A DNA stretch of 64,000 nt from sequence record LR756504.1, one strand, 5' to 3'. The translations under genes were made by a program, and so were the position numbers. Positions within the stretch are counted from its first letter, which is position 1; each line of letters begins with the position of its first letter. This document shows, piece after piece, positions 17,767 to 26,944 of the stretch. The notes beneath the pieces are model-generated. The model was not told where the DNA came from. It did not search any database and worked only from the letters and a program-made list of their open reading frames with translations.

Positions 17767-17925
17767 TTAAAGATGGTCCCTCTCTTTCTTATCAATCCGA
17801 GCAATAGGCATTTGATAAGTAGCGATACAATACATGTTAACACCTATGAAGGTGTTCCTCTTTGTCTTAATGCTCAACATTACTACGAGCATTAAAGTTA
17901 GAAAGATTAGATACAGTAGAATCAT
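17767..17925 (-). CDS. Small membrane protein (52 aa, not in ORF track)
   Basis: MILLYLIFLTLMLVVMLSIK...IDKKERDHL*, translated by hand. Confidence 0.65.
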   Translation of the reverse strand: MILLYLIFLTLMLVVMLSIKTKRNTFIGVNMYCIATYQMPIARIDKKERDHL

Positions 17926-17930
17926 CAGTA

Positions 17931-17963
17931 CAAAGTTAGTGAAATTATTTCAGATAATCAAAT
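17931..17963 (-). promoter_or_regulatory. Bacteroidota-type promoter
   Basis: TTTG-N21-TAACTTTG-N5-ATG. Confidence 0.75.
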
Positions 17964-17964
17964 T

Positions 17965-19034
17965 TTAGAGAAACTTTATTTCATCAAATATATTCTTTAA
18001 ATCTTTTTTATCTATAGAATTTTTCTTTTCGACTCTACTTCTTATATCAAGAGGATAACCATATTTAACATAATTACCTTTACCTGTAATAGAGTCGTAC
18101 TTTTCAGTTCTATCTTTTCCTCGTGCCCCATCAGTATGTCCAAAGAACTTACGTGTAGTTTTTTTATTTGCTTTTTTACTTGCCATAATTTTTACTTTTA
18201 CTTTGAAATAAAGCATTAATAGTTATATTTTCATAATTCTCATTTAATATTACGAAATGGGTTTCAAAAATATTGGGACCATTATCATAATATATGAGAT
18301 ATTTTGCTTTATTTTCATTTTTCAATTCGTTAAATATATTTAATATGTCTGATAAATGTTTTCTATATGGTAAAGATATATCAAAAAGTTTACCATAGTC
18401 TAATACAATATCATTATCATTACTACCACGAGAATCATATGTATATACATCGTAATGTAATCTATATGGAGTTATTACACCATCTTTAATACCAAATATT
18501 TTAGATGGAATTTTATTTACTTGTTTCAAAATTTTGCTATTTTTCATATTTCAGATAATCAAATTTTAGTGAAACTATTTTAGTAAATAATTTATCACAA
18601 TAGCACCAAATAAAGCTATTACAAATATTGTAGGTAGCATATAATACCTCATGAATTTTTCTTGTTTTATAAGAGAAACATTAAGGTCATTAATCATACC
18701 TGTAGTTTTTCTATATCTGTCTTCTGCTTGTGTCAGTACCATATTATTGACTATTAAAGCCTCTTTTAATTCTTCTGGTATTATAGGATTTTGTATAAGT
18801 TTTAACATAGAGAAATTATTTTAGTAAATAAACTGGTAGAATAATAAAATCACCTTTTGAATAATCAGTATTTTCTAAATATTTAATAGCTTCTTCTTCA
18901 TAGTCAAAATCCTCAACAATAGAAAGAGTGTTTATAGTTTCTGTTTGCCAATCATTTCCTTTACGATAAAAATCATCGGATGGAACACATACTTCTTTTT
19001 CTACGACACAATATATCCGATATACTTTTTTCAT
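17965..19034 (-). other. Four hypothetical CDS (17965-18216, 18176-18547, 18575-18808, 18816-19034)
   Basis: Operon behind the 19039 promoter, with duplicated junction sequences. Confidence 0.7.
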
Positions 19035-19038
19035 GATA

Positions 19039-19070
19039 CAAAGGTAGTTAATTTTGTATTAAGATACAAA
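19039..19070 (-). promoter_or_regulatory. Bacteroidota-type promoter, leaderless, with perfect dyad
   Basis: TTTG-N20-TACCTTTG-N4-ATG; TTTGTAT-TAAG-ATACAAA. Confidence 0.9.
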
Positions 19071-19577
19071 TATTTTCTAATTTAAATTTAAAGAAATATG
19101 AATGCTTATTCCAAGACATTTGCTCAAAACTAATAAAGGTGGCTTTTATTGGAGTATTAACTATTTCAATGTTTGATATTTCATCAGGTGTATTATTCAA
19201 ACAGTGTAGATGTAAAAAGAATTCATTTTCTTTTAGCCCCATACTATTATGAATATAATTTACACTATATGCTGTATTTTTAAATAAATTGAGCATACTT
19301 TTCATAGTAGCTTTTTTATTAATGAAAAATTGAATTTTTTCAGGTGAGGGTGCAAGTCTTTCCATAATACAAAATTTTTGCTATTTTATTTAGACTGTAG
19401 TTCTAAAATGATTTCTAATTCTTTTTTAGTTTTGTCTTTCGAGGAATCGATACTGTGTAATTCTTGTACAATATCTAAAACTAAAGACTTTAGTTTCTCT
19501 ATAGTTTTTTCATCTTTTTCCAAAGTAGATTTGCTATATTGAATTATTTTTGATAATTTGTCTTCTATCTTTTCCAT
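19048..19577 (-). other. Two hypothetical CDS (19048-19365, 19386-19577)
   Basis: ATG starts behind the 19582 promoter. Confidence 0.7.
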
Positions 19578-19581
19578 GATA

Positions 19582-19613
19582 CAAAGTTAATCAATTTTGT
19601 ATTAAGATACAAA
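19582..19613 (-). promoter_or_regulatory. Bacteroidota-type promoter, leaderless, with perfect dyad
   Basis: TTTG-N20-TAACTTTG-N4-ATG. Confidence 0.9.
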
Positions 19614-19682
19614 TATTTTGGTATTTTTATTTTATTAACAAGTTATCCACATATCTCCTTTCCAAATTAGTTACTCTATTTT

Positions 19683-19711
19683 AAAACTTTTGGTAATAGA
19701 GAATCTATAAT
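19683..19711 (+). promoter_or_regulatory. Class II promoter AAAACT-N17-TATAAT
   Basis: At the head of the 19.7-29.8 kb plus-strand tagged block. Confidence 0.6.
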
Positions 19712-19716
19712 TGGAT

Positions 19717-19974
19717 ATGGCTAATAAAAAATTTGAAATAGTAGGAGGTAATTTGGAAATATCTGATGATATTATATATGATAATGGATTTAGTATAGGT
19801 ATATCATATACTAAATCTCAATTTAATATGATGGAAGATAAGTATAAAGGTGGTGTAATTTCATTAGAACAAGCTAAAGAGTTAGCCGACCATATTTATG
19901 AAAAGTTATCTAAAACTGATAAATATAAAGGTGAAATAAGAAAATATAAGATTGAATCTTTAAACAAAGAATAA
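19717..19974 (+). CDS. C-terminal-tag protein
   Basis: Ends GEIRKYKIESLNKE*. Confidence 0.7.
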   Translation: MANKKFEIVGGNLEISDDIIYDNGFSIGISYTKSQFNMMEDKYKGGVISLEQAKELADHIYEKLSKTDKYKGEIRKYKIESLNKE

Positions 19975-19975
19975 T

Positions 19976-20371
19976 ATGAAAAAAGTTATAATAACATTAA
20001 TAATTTGTATTAGTATATTTAGTTGCGCTAAGAGTGATAAAACTATCAATATTAATAAAGATACTGATATCAATACTGATAAGATTCAAAGTTCTAATGT
20101 TCAGTCAAATGGTGATATAATAGACACTCTTAAGATAGAGCCATATAGGCATGGTACAATAAGTATGGGTGGTAAAAACTTTGTTATTATTGGTGCAAAT
20201 GTTATCACTAAGGATTCTACATATTCAGAAGATTTTATACTTATGGAAAGTATAACATTAGATATGATTAAATATGCGTACAGTATGAATAATGGACCAT
20301 TTAAGGTTGTTATAATTTATGACCCTAAATTGAAAATGGATAAAGTTATATTCAATATAATCTATAAGTAA
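19976..20371 (+). CDS. Putative lipoprotein
   Basis: MKKVIITLIICISIFSC signal. Confidence 0.65.
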   Translation: MKKVIITLIICISIFSCAKSDKTININKDTDINTDKIQSSNVQSNGDIIDTLKIEPYRHGTISMGGKNFVIIGANVITKDSTYSEDFILMESITLDMIKYAYSMNNGPFKVVIIYDPKLKMDKVIFNIIYK

Positions 20372-20544
20372 TGAGTAGAGTAAAATATGTAGCTAATAAA
20401 ATGATGGCAATAGTCCTTGGTGGCTGTGCGGGCGCAATGTTTAGTAACTTATTTACTAAACATACACCATCAATGGTTATATGTACTATAGTGGGAATGC
20501 TATTATACTACTTCGTAATAAGTAAAGAAAAAGTAAATGGATAG
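20371..20544 (+). CDS. Glycine-zipper-like small membrane protein (57 aa, not in ORF track)
   Basis: IVLGGCAGAM...IVGMLLYYFVI; resembles 21227. Confidence 0.6.
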   Translation: MSRVKYVANKMMAIVLGGCAGAMFSNLFTKHTPSMVICTIVGMLLYYFVISKEKVNG

Positions 20545-20806
20545 TTTTTCTAAATATAAAGATTGTACATATTTAATATGTCGTACTACATTTAAAACTG
20601 ATGTGTATGGATATGATGATGGATTAACTTATACATTTGAGAAAGGAGTTAAATATAAATGTATAGTTGGGAATAGTGGTAACTATATTATTTTTAAACC
20701 TATGGATGTATTGTTTAATACACTTGATAATAATACTGTTAATCAAATTACAGAAAACTTTTTTACTATAAATGAATATAGAAAATTTAAAATAGAGAAT
20801 TTATGA
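20537..20806 (+). CDS. C-terminal-tag protein (LIC..G.KY.C subfamily)
   Basis: Ends INEYRKFKIENL*. Confidence 0.85.
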   Translation: MDSFSKYKDCTYLICRTTFKTDVYGYDDGLTYTFEKGVKYKCIVGNSGNYIIFKPMDVLFNTLDNNTVNQITENFFTINEYRKFKIENL

Positions 20807-20973
20807 AAAAATTTAAAGAATATCTAATGATATTGATAATTATTTCAACAATATTTGGATTATTTGGTATTGTATTTGGTGGTGGTAGTTTTCTGTTCGG
20901 ATTTATTTTTGGGTTATTTTTATTTAATGCTTTATATCTATTGGATTATTTAATAAAAACAATATTTAAATAA
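20803..20973 (+). CDS. Gly/Phe-rich small membrane protein (56 aa, not in ORF track)
   Basis: FGLFGIVFGGGSFLFGFIFGLF; overlaps both neighbours. Confidence 0.6.
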   Translation: MKKFKEYLMILIIISTIFGLFGIVFGGGSFLFGFIFGLFLFNALYLLDYLIKTIFK

Positions 20974-21230
20974 TGAACAAGTTTTCTAAATATGTCGGTT
21001 GTAAATATTTAATCTGTCATACAACATTCACTACGAATGTATATGGTGGTACTCCAATTACATTTGAGAAAGGAGTTAAACATCTATGTGTAATAGGAGA
21101 AAGTGAGAATATTATTTTTGTATCTTTAGATATAATATTTGATAACACTGATGATAATGATGTTAAGCTTATTTATGAAAACTTCCATACACCAGTTGAG
21201 CACAGAAAATTTAAAATAGAGAACTTATGA
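20973..21230 (+). CDS. C-terminal-tag protein (LIC subfamily)
   Basis: Ends PVEHRKFKIENL*. Confidence 0.85.
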   Translation: MNKFSKYVGCKYLICHTTFTTNVYGGTPITFEKGVKHLCVIGESENIIFVSLDIIFDNTDDNDVKLIYENFHTPVEHRKFKIENL

Positions 21231-21421
21231 AGAATATATTGAAAGAATTTATGATTTCCTATAATATGAAGTCTACTAAAATAGCAAGAGCGGTAGTAAT
21301 GGGTGGTATTGTTGGTGCTTTAGTTGGTAGCTTAATATCTGAAACAGTTATACCAATGGCTATAGGTAGTCTATTAGGAATGGTAGGATATTATTTATTA
21401 TTGATGAAAGAGAATAATTAA
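21227..21421 (+). CDS. Glycine-zipper small membrane protein
   Basis: GGIVGALVG...GSLLGMVGYY. Confidence 0.7.
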   Translation: MKNILKEFMISYNMKSTKIARAVVMGGIVGALVGSLISETVIPMAIGSLLGMVGYYLLLMKENN

Positions 21422-21448
21422 AATTGATGTTAATAAATTATTAATATT

Positions 21449-21751
21449 GTGAATAAAAAACAACAAAAAGAAGAATATTATAAAATATATGGCGGTAAAA
21501 ATATCAACCCTAATCCTTTTCCTATTGGTAGTAAATTAAGACATCGTAATGGAACTGAAGAGGTTGAATTAATATCTTATAAAAATGAATTAATGATACT
21601 TATACCATTAAATGAAGCTGCTTTATATCATTATGATACAATGAATCCTGATATAATTGAATTTTCAAAAAAGAAAGGGTATAAGCCTAATATGGATAAT
21701 ACTACGCAATTACATTATATGTATGCTGATAGATATATTATAATAAATTAA
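21449..21751 (+). CDS. Hypothetical protein
   Basis: 100 aa, untagged. Confidence 0.65.
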   Translation: MNKKQQKEEYYKIYGGKNINPNPFPIGSKLRHRNGTEEVELISYKNELMILIPLNEAALYHYDTMNPDIIEFSKKKGYKPNMDNTTQLHYMYADRYIIIN

Positions 21752-21753
21752 TA

Positions 21754-22038
21754 ATGAATAAGTTTTCGGAATATAAGAATTGTAAACATTTAATTTGTTG
21801 TGAAACATTTGATACTGAAGCTAATGGTGTCGGGTTAGTGCCTAATATAAAGTTTACATTTGAAAAAGGTGCTAAGTATAGTTGTGAATATGTGAAATAT
21901 AACAATGATTATTTCATAAAATTTCCAACTCAAGATATAGCTTTTTATGGTGGTGATAATAATGATGTTAAACTTATTTATGAAAACTTTATGACTCTAA
22001 ATGAACACAGAAAAACTATTATAAATGAATTATTATGA
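21754..22038 (+). CDS. C-terminal-tag protein (LIC subfamily)
   Basis: Ends LNEHRKTIINELL*. Confidence 0.85.
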   Translation: MNKFSEYKNCKHLICCETFDTEANGVGLVPNIKFTFEKGAKYSCEYVKYNNDYFIKFPTQDIAFYGGDNNDVKLIYENFMTLNEHRKTIINELL

Positions 22039-22304
22039 ATGTAGATGATTTGAAAAATTTAAATTATTTGATATGTGTAAAAACGCATATGTATAAAGAA
22101 GAACTTGAATATTTACAAGGTATAAAATATAAATGTAAATTTGAAGAAGGAAAAAATTATAATTGTATCTATATTGAATATCCTGATGGTAGTGGATGGC
22201 GTAAGATGTTATTAAGTGATAATGATATTGTTATCGAATATTGTAGAAACCATTTTATGACAAAATCAGAATATAGAAAGTATATAATAAATGAACTATT
22301 ATGA
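22035..22304 (+). CDS. C-terminal-tag protein (LIC subfamily)
   Basis: Ends KSEYRKYIINELL*. Confidence 0.85.
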   Translation: MNVDDLKNLNYLICVKTHMYKEELEYLQGIKYKCKFEEGKNYNCIYIEYPDGSGWRKMLLSDNDIVIEYCRNHFMTKSEYRKYIINELL

Positions 22305-22528
22305 AGAAAGAATATATATTACTTTGTAAAAAATCTAATGGAAATTTTATAAAAGGTAGAAAGTATAATAGTACGTTTGATGGTTATAATCTTTATATTG
22401 AATTATCTGAAGGTAAACAAACATTAATATCAATGTCGAGATATAACGACGAAAATCTTAAATATATTGAAGAACATTTTACAACAGTTAATACACATAG
22501 AAAAAATATTATAGATTCAATTGAATAA
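22301..22528 (+). CDS. C-terminal-tag protein (LIC subfamily)
   Basis: Ends VNTHRKNIIDSIE*. Confidence 0.8.
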   Translation: MKKEYILLCKKSNGNFIKGRKYNSTFDGYNLYIELSEGKQTLISMSRYNDENLKYIEEHFTTVNTHRKNIIDSIE

Positions 22529-22833
22529 TGAAACCTATTAAACATAACGATATTCCTAATGCAACTACAGACTTAGATATGTTTCTTACTTATTTAAATA
22601 AGAATAAGATAGCATATTCTAAGTATGATATTGTTAGTAATATAGGTGATATTATTTGCGTGGTATGGGAAAATAAAAAAGAAGACTATTATGTAGATAT
22701 ATTTGCTGGTGAAAATTACTATGATATATTTACTAATGGGAAAAGAATAGAAACTACATTCCCTAATGCAGGATGCTATAGTATGGATATAGACTCAGTA
22801 ACAGAATTATTATTAAGCTTAGATTATTTATGA
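22528..22833 (+). CDS. Hypothetical protein
   Basis: 101 aa, untagged, overlapping junctions. Confidence 0.7.
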   Translation: MKPIKHNDIPNATTDLDMFLTYLNKNKIAYSKYDIVSNIGDIICVVWENKKEDYYVDIFAGENYYDIFTNGKRIETTFPNAGCYSMDIDSVTELLLSLDYL

Positions 22834-23093
22834 AATTTGATAGATTTAAAAACGTAAATACTTTAATATGTATAAAAACACATAGTAAATTTTCTATGCA
22901 TGGTAAATTAGAATACTTAGCTGGTAGAAAGTATAAATGTGCATTAAGTACAGTTAATGATGTAATTAATATTTTTAATGATAATGGCCATTGTAGTATA
23001 GCAACTTATAATGAAAATTCTATTAACTACTTTAGAGAACATTTTATAACAATAGCAGAATATAGAAAGTCTATTATAGAAGAATTATTATGA
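22830..23093 (+). CDS. C-terminal-tag protein (LIC subfamily)
   Basis: Ends IAEYRKSIIEELL*. Confidence 0.85.
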   Translation: MKFDRFKNVNTLICIKTHSKFSMHGKLEYLAGRKYKCALSTVNDVINIFNDNGHCSIATYNENSINYFREHFITIAEYRKSIIEELL

Positions 23094-23377
23094 TTGAAAT
23101 CATAGGTGAACATAGTAATGTGTATATAAATGAATTCAGGATTTCTATATGGATTGAAGAACCCATAAAACATTCAGGTACGATATCATTATATAGGGAG
23201 GCTAAAATAGAGTACTTCTACAATGGTAAAAAGAAACATGAAGTATTACACACATATAATGATGACCATGTTCTGATTTATTTAAGTATATTAGCTAATT
23301 ATTTAAAAGGAATAGCTGAATACTATGTACCAAGTATCCACGATTTGAGGAAAGGTAAAATAGATGAATTATTATGA
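23090..23377 (+). CDS. C-terminal-tag protein, paralog of 712
   Basis: Ends HDLRKGKIDELL*. Confidence 0.8.
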   Translation: MIEIIGEHSNVYINEFRISIWIEEPIKHSGTISLYREAKIEYFYNGKKKHEVLHTYNDDHVLIYLSILANYLKGIAEYYVPSIHDLRKGKIDELL

Positions 23378-23676
23378 ATTTAGACAAGTTTAAAAATATT
23401 AATAATGTAATATGCATAAAAACACATAAAAAATGTTTATATTGGAATAATGGTGAAGTAGAATATTTTGTTGGTAAAAAATATAAATGTGTAGTTAATA
23501 AGCATTCTGCTTATATTAACACTATAATACATTCATATGATGTTCTTCTTGTCAAAACGTCTGATGGAAATAGTAGTGGTGGTCCAATGGATAAGGAAGA
23601 TATTATTAAATACTTCTTAGAACACTTTATAACAATTGATGAACATAGAAAATCTATAATAGAGAAATTGATATGA
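23374..23676 (+). CDS. C-terminal-tag protein (LIC subfamily)
   Basis: Ends IDEHRKSIIEKLI*. Confidence 0.85.
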   Translation: MNLDKFKNINNVICIKTHKKCLYWNNGEVEYFVGKKYKCVVNKHSAYINTIIHSYDVLLVKTSDGNSSGGPMDKEDIIKYFLEHFITIDEHRKSIIEKLI

Positions 23677-23951
23677 TTGGATATATTGATAATGATTTAG
23701 ATAAGTATATAGGTACTCTAATATGTACGAAATCACACATAAGATATTCTATGCATGGTGAATTAAAATACTTAAAAAATGTAAAGTATAAATGCGAATT
23801 TGGTGTAGTTCGTGATGTAGTTAAGGTTTTTAATGATAATGGTTGTTATATTCTATCAAGTTATAATTATAATACTATTATCTATTTAAAAGAATTCTTT
23901 ATGACAGTTGTAGAATATAGAAAAACTATTATAGACAATATTGAGTATTAA
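23673..23951 (+). CDS. C-terminal-tag protein (LIC subfamily)
   Basis: Ends VVEYRKTIIDNIEY*. Confidence 0.85.
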   Translation: MIGYIDNDLDKYIGTLICTKSHIRYSMHGELKYLKNVKYKCEFGVVRDVVKVFNDNGCYILSSYNYNTIIYLKEFFMTVVEYRKTIIDNIEY

Positions 23952-23953
23952 TT

Positions 23954-24487
23954 ATGTGGTTAGAAAATATTAAGAAGAAATTAAATATTCAAAGCACTGA
24001 ACAAAAAAATATTGTTTCAGATGAATATACTATTGTTATGAATTTTATAAATGAAACCCAAAAGAAATGGGATAAACGTACAGATGATGAATATCAAAAG
24101 GATAAGGATAGATTTGAAAAAAGTCAAAATACATGTTCTGTCTGTGGTTCAACAAAAATAGTTAATAAGATAATATCACAAATTAAAACACGTACAAATT
24201 ATCCGAGGTTTGTTTTTCAACAACCTACAAAATATAGCTATTCGGTAAATGATGAAATAAGACATTGTTCTGATTGTGGTAATGAATGGTATAAAAGAAG
24301 CTGGTATGATTCATACTTCTATACAAAAAGAAGAAGTGATTTCAAATCTTTTCTAATTAAAAGAAAACATTTATTAAAAAGTTATACAGAAATTAATAAA
24401 CTGCATGCAGAAAGTTTATATAAAGCATTTGATAGAGAAATACCACTTTATCAATTAAGGTGTGATTTTAAATCTGTTTTTGAATAA
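23954..24487 (+). CDS. Zn-ribbon protein whose tag lies beyond an in-frame TAA
   Basis: CSVC and CSDC; the frame continues *YDRNIYELRKKFINDL* to 24538. Confidence 0.75.
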   Translation: MWLENIKKKLNIQSTEQKNIVSDEYTIVMNFINETQKKWDKRTDDEYQKDKDRFEKSQNTCSVCGSTKIVNKIISQIKTRTNYPRFVFQQPTKYSYSVNDEIRHCSDCGNEWYKRSWYDSYFYTKRRSDFKSFLIKRKHLLKSYTEINKLHAESLYKAFDREIPLYQLRCDFKSVFE

Positions 24488-24534
24488 TATGATAGAAATA
24501 TTTACGAATTGAGAAAAAAGTTTATAAACGATTT

Positions 24535-24789
24535 ATGATAAATGGATTTGATGGTATAGCAGTTTGTATAAAAACTCATAAGAAAGATACATACTTTGGT
24601 GAAATAGAATACATAGCTGGAAGTAAGTATATTATCAGTTTTGATAAAATTGGAGAATACTTATACGCTGTTATAAAAATACCAAATAGTACACAATGTG
24701 TTCATATTCGAATTGATGATGATTATGTATTAGAACACTTTATAACAATTGCAGAATATAGAAAAACTATTATAGAAAAATTAATATGA
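24535..24789 (+). CDS. C-terminal-tag protein (LIC subfamily)
   Basis: Ends IAEYRKTIIEKLI*. Confidence 0.85.
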   Translation: MINGFDGIAVCIKTHKKDTYFGEIEYIAGSKYIISFDKIGEYLYAVIKIPNSTQCVHIRIDDDYVLEHFITIAEYRKTIIEKLI

Positions 24790-25190
24790 TAGACATATCA
24801 AAAATTATAGAAGCATTATCACCATATCCAATATCATTGATATTCGGATATGGTAGTTCCTATGGATTTAATACTTCATTTGTTTCTTTACATTTTAAAG
24901 ATAATAATGATAATAGATTAAATAATTTAATTAAATTATTTTCAAATAGTTTAAATTTTTCAAAATTTAATATTTGTTTTATATCTAATAATATGTTAGG
25001 ATATAATAATGAAGATATAATTAAATATATGGATGATTTTATCACTGAAAGAAAAATAGGAACGAATAAAGTAATTATTATAAATTCTATAGAAGAATTG
25101 AACGAAATTATTAATATAATTTCTTTAATATTGACTGGTATATCTTATAAGAAAATTAAAAGAGATTTAATTATAAATGAAATATGTTAG
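24786..25190 (+). CDS. C-terminal-tag protein, paralog of 26941
   Basis: LSPYPISL start; ends YKKIKRDLIINEIC*. Confidence 0.8.
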   Translation: MIDISKIIEALSPYPISLIFGYGSSYGFNTSFVSLHFKDNNDNRLNNLIKLFSNSLNFSKFNICFISNNMLGYNNEDIIKYMDDFITERKIGTNKVIIINSIEELNEIINIISLILTGISYKKIKRDLIINEIC

Positions 25191-25235
25191 ATTATCTAGT
25201 CTAATTTAAATTAGACTCTATTTAAATAAAAGCCT

Positions 25236-25571
25236 ATGAAAAAGATAATAGTATGCCCAAAGTTATTAGTAGATGGATTAGCAATATTTCCTTTCATATT
25301 AGTTAAAGATGAAAGTTATCTATCAGACAAGAAATTGATTAATCATGAGAAGATTCATCTAAGACAGGAGATAGAATTATTGATTATTCCGTTTTATATC
25401 ATATATGGTATTAACTGGGTTATTAATTACTTTAGATATGGCTCATGGATAAAAGCATATAGTGAAATTATATTTGAAAGAGAAGCATACATTAATGATG
25501 CTGATTTAGAATATTTAGAGAATAGAAAACCTTTCTCTTTTATTAAGTATTTCTTTAATAAACCTATATAA
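25236..25571 (+). CDS. HExxH membrane-associated putative metallopeptidase
   Basis: LINHEKIHLRQ...IFEREAY. Confidence 0.7.
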   Translation: MKKIIVCPKLLVDGLAIFPFILVKDESYLSDKKLINHEKIHLRQEIELLIIPFYIIYGINWVINYFRYGSWIKAYSEIIFEREAYINDADLEYLENRKPFSFIKYFFNKPI

Positions 25572-25824
25572 TTATGAAAGAAAGTGATTTTAAAGAATTT
25601 CTATTAATTATAGGACTTATATTAGGATTAAGTTTAGTATATTATATATGGTTAATAATATAAAATAAATAATTATGAAAAAACCAACACCACCTCCAAC
25701 TCAATATATTAAAGAGGATTTTAATATGTATGGTAAAATAGTATTAATAGTAGCAGGATTACTATTAGGATATTCTATAGGATACTTTATCTTTATATTA
25801 GTTACTCTATAACTTGCTTTCTAT

Positions 25825-26061
25825 ATGAAAATAATTAAATCTATTGGTGAAATACTATTAGTTATATTAGCAATAATAGCTTGCTTATTAACGCCATTTT
25901 TAATATTTGGTCCAGTTATGCTATGTATAGAATATAAGACTTATTGGTTCTTATTAATATACCCGTCTTATTATTTAGGAATGTTTATACATATTTTTTT
26001 AAAAGAAAGATATTCTATTAATAATAGAAAACGTAAAATAAACAATTTAATTTCAGATTAG
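25825..26061 (+). CDS. Two-TM membrane protein with C-terminal tag
   Basis: Ends NNRKRKINNLISD*. Confidence 0.75.
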   Translation: MKIIKSIGEILLVILAIIACLLTPFLIFGPVMLCIEYKTYWFLLIYPSYYLGMFIHIFLKERYSINNRKRKINNLISD

Positions 26062-26062
26062 T

Positions 26063-26275
26063 ATGATACCATTTCAAAAAGGCGACAGAATAACACTTAA
26101 AATTGAGTATAATTTATCAAACAAAAGAGAAATATGTATAGTTAGAAATTGTGAACTATATTTTCATGGTATATACGCATTAGCTATTGAAGGTAAACCA
26201 TATACTACTTATGATAGTTCTTACTTTGAGAAAGTTAATGATAGAAAGGATAGAATAGATAATTTAAATCTATGA
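26063..26275 (+). CDS. KOW-like tagged protein (PF.GD subfamily)
   Basis: Ends NDRKDRIDNLNL*. Confidence 0.8.
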   Translation: MIPFQKGDRITLKIEYNLSNKREICIVRNCELYFHGIYALAIEGKPYTTYDSSYFEKVNDRKDRIDNLNL

Positions 26276-26487
26276 TTATGTTTATAAAGGGTGATAAAAT
26301 AGTTGTTAGGAAAGATATACCATTACATGTATTAAAAGATAAGGTAAGCACAGTTTTGTCTTGTTTTGAATATTATAAAGGATTATACATATTAACTATT
26401 GAGGGTAATTATAATATTTATAAACCTGATGATTTTGAGCTAGCTAATAATAGAAAATCAAGAATAGAAAACTTAAAATTGGATTAA
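26272..26487 (+). CDS. KOW-like tagged protein (PF.GD subfamily)
   Basis: Ends NNRKSRIENLKLD*. Confidence 0.8.
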   Translation: MIMFIKGDKIVVRKDIPLHVLKDKVSTVLSCFEYYKGLYILTIEGNYNIYKPDDFELANNRKSRIENLKLD

Positions 26488-26502
26488 CCTCTTTTCATTA
26501 CA

Positions 26503-26739
26503 ATGAGCAACGAATTACACTATATTGATGAATTTCGTATTTGTATTACATCATTTAAAATTAATGAATTTACATTTGAAAAAGGTAATATGTATAATGT
26601 GGATTTTATTGTTGATGAAATTTATAAAAAAGAGCTTAGTAATAGAGTGGAATGTATTGTGTTTTTATCAGATAACTTTCGAACAATACATGAATATAGA
26701 AAAATTAAAATAGAAGATATAAATAATGATACCATTTAA
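26503..26739 (+). CDS. C-terminal-tag protein
   Basis: Ends IHEYRKIKIEDINNDTI*. Confidence 0.8.
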   Translation: MSNELHYIDEFRICITSFKINEFTFEKGNMYNVDFIVDEIYKKELSNRVECIVFLSDNFRTIHEYRKIKIEDINNDTI

Positions 26740-26944
26740 ACCAGGTGATAAAGTAGTTCTTAAAAATGGTATGTTAACACCTAGATTAACAGAAGGTATT
26801 GTATATACAGTTTCTTCTTGTACTAAATATTCATCAATAGAATATCATATAGTAATTCTTGAAAATAGATTATCATTATTTTCAAGCGGTTATTTTGACA
26901 AAGTTGATAGTAGAAAGGATAGAATAGATAAACTAAATTTATGA
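26726..26944 (+). CDS. KOW-like tagged protein (PF.GD subfamily)
   Basis: FKPGDKVVL; ends DSRKDRIDKLNL*. Confidence 0.8.
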   Translation: MIPFKPGDKVVLKNGMLTPRLTEGIVYTVSSCTKYSSIEYHIVILENRLSLFSSGYFDKVDSRKDRIDKLNL

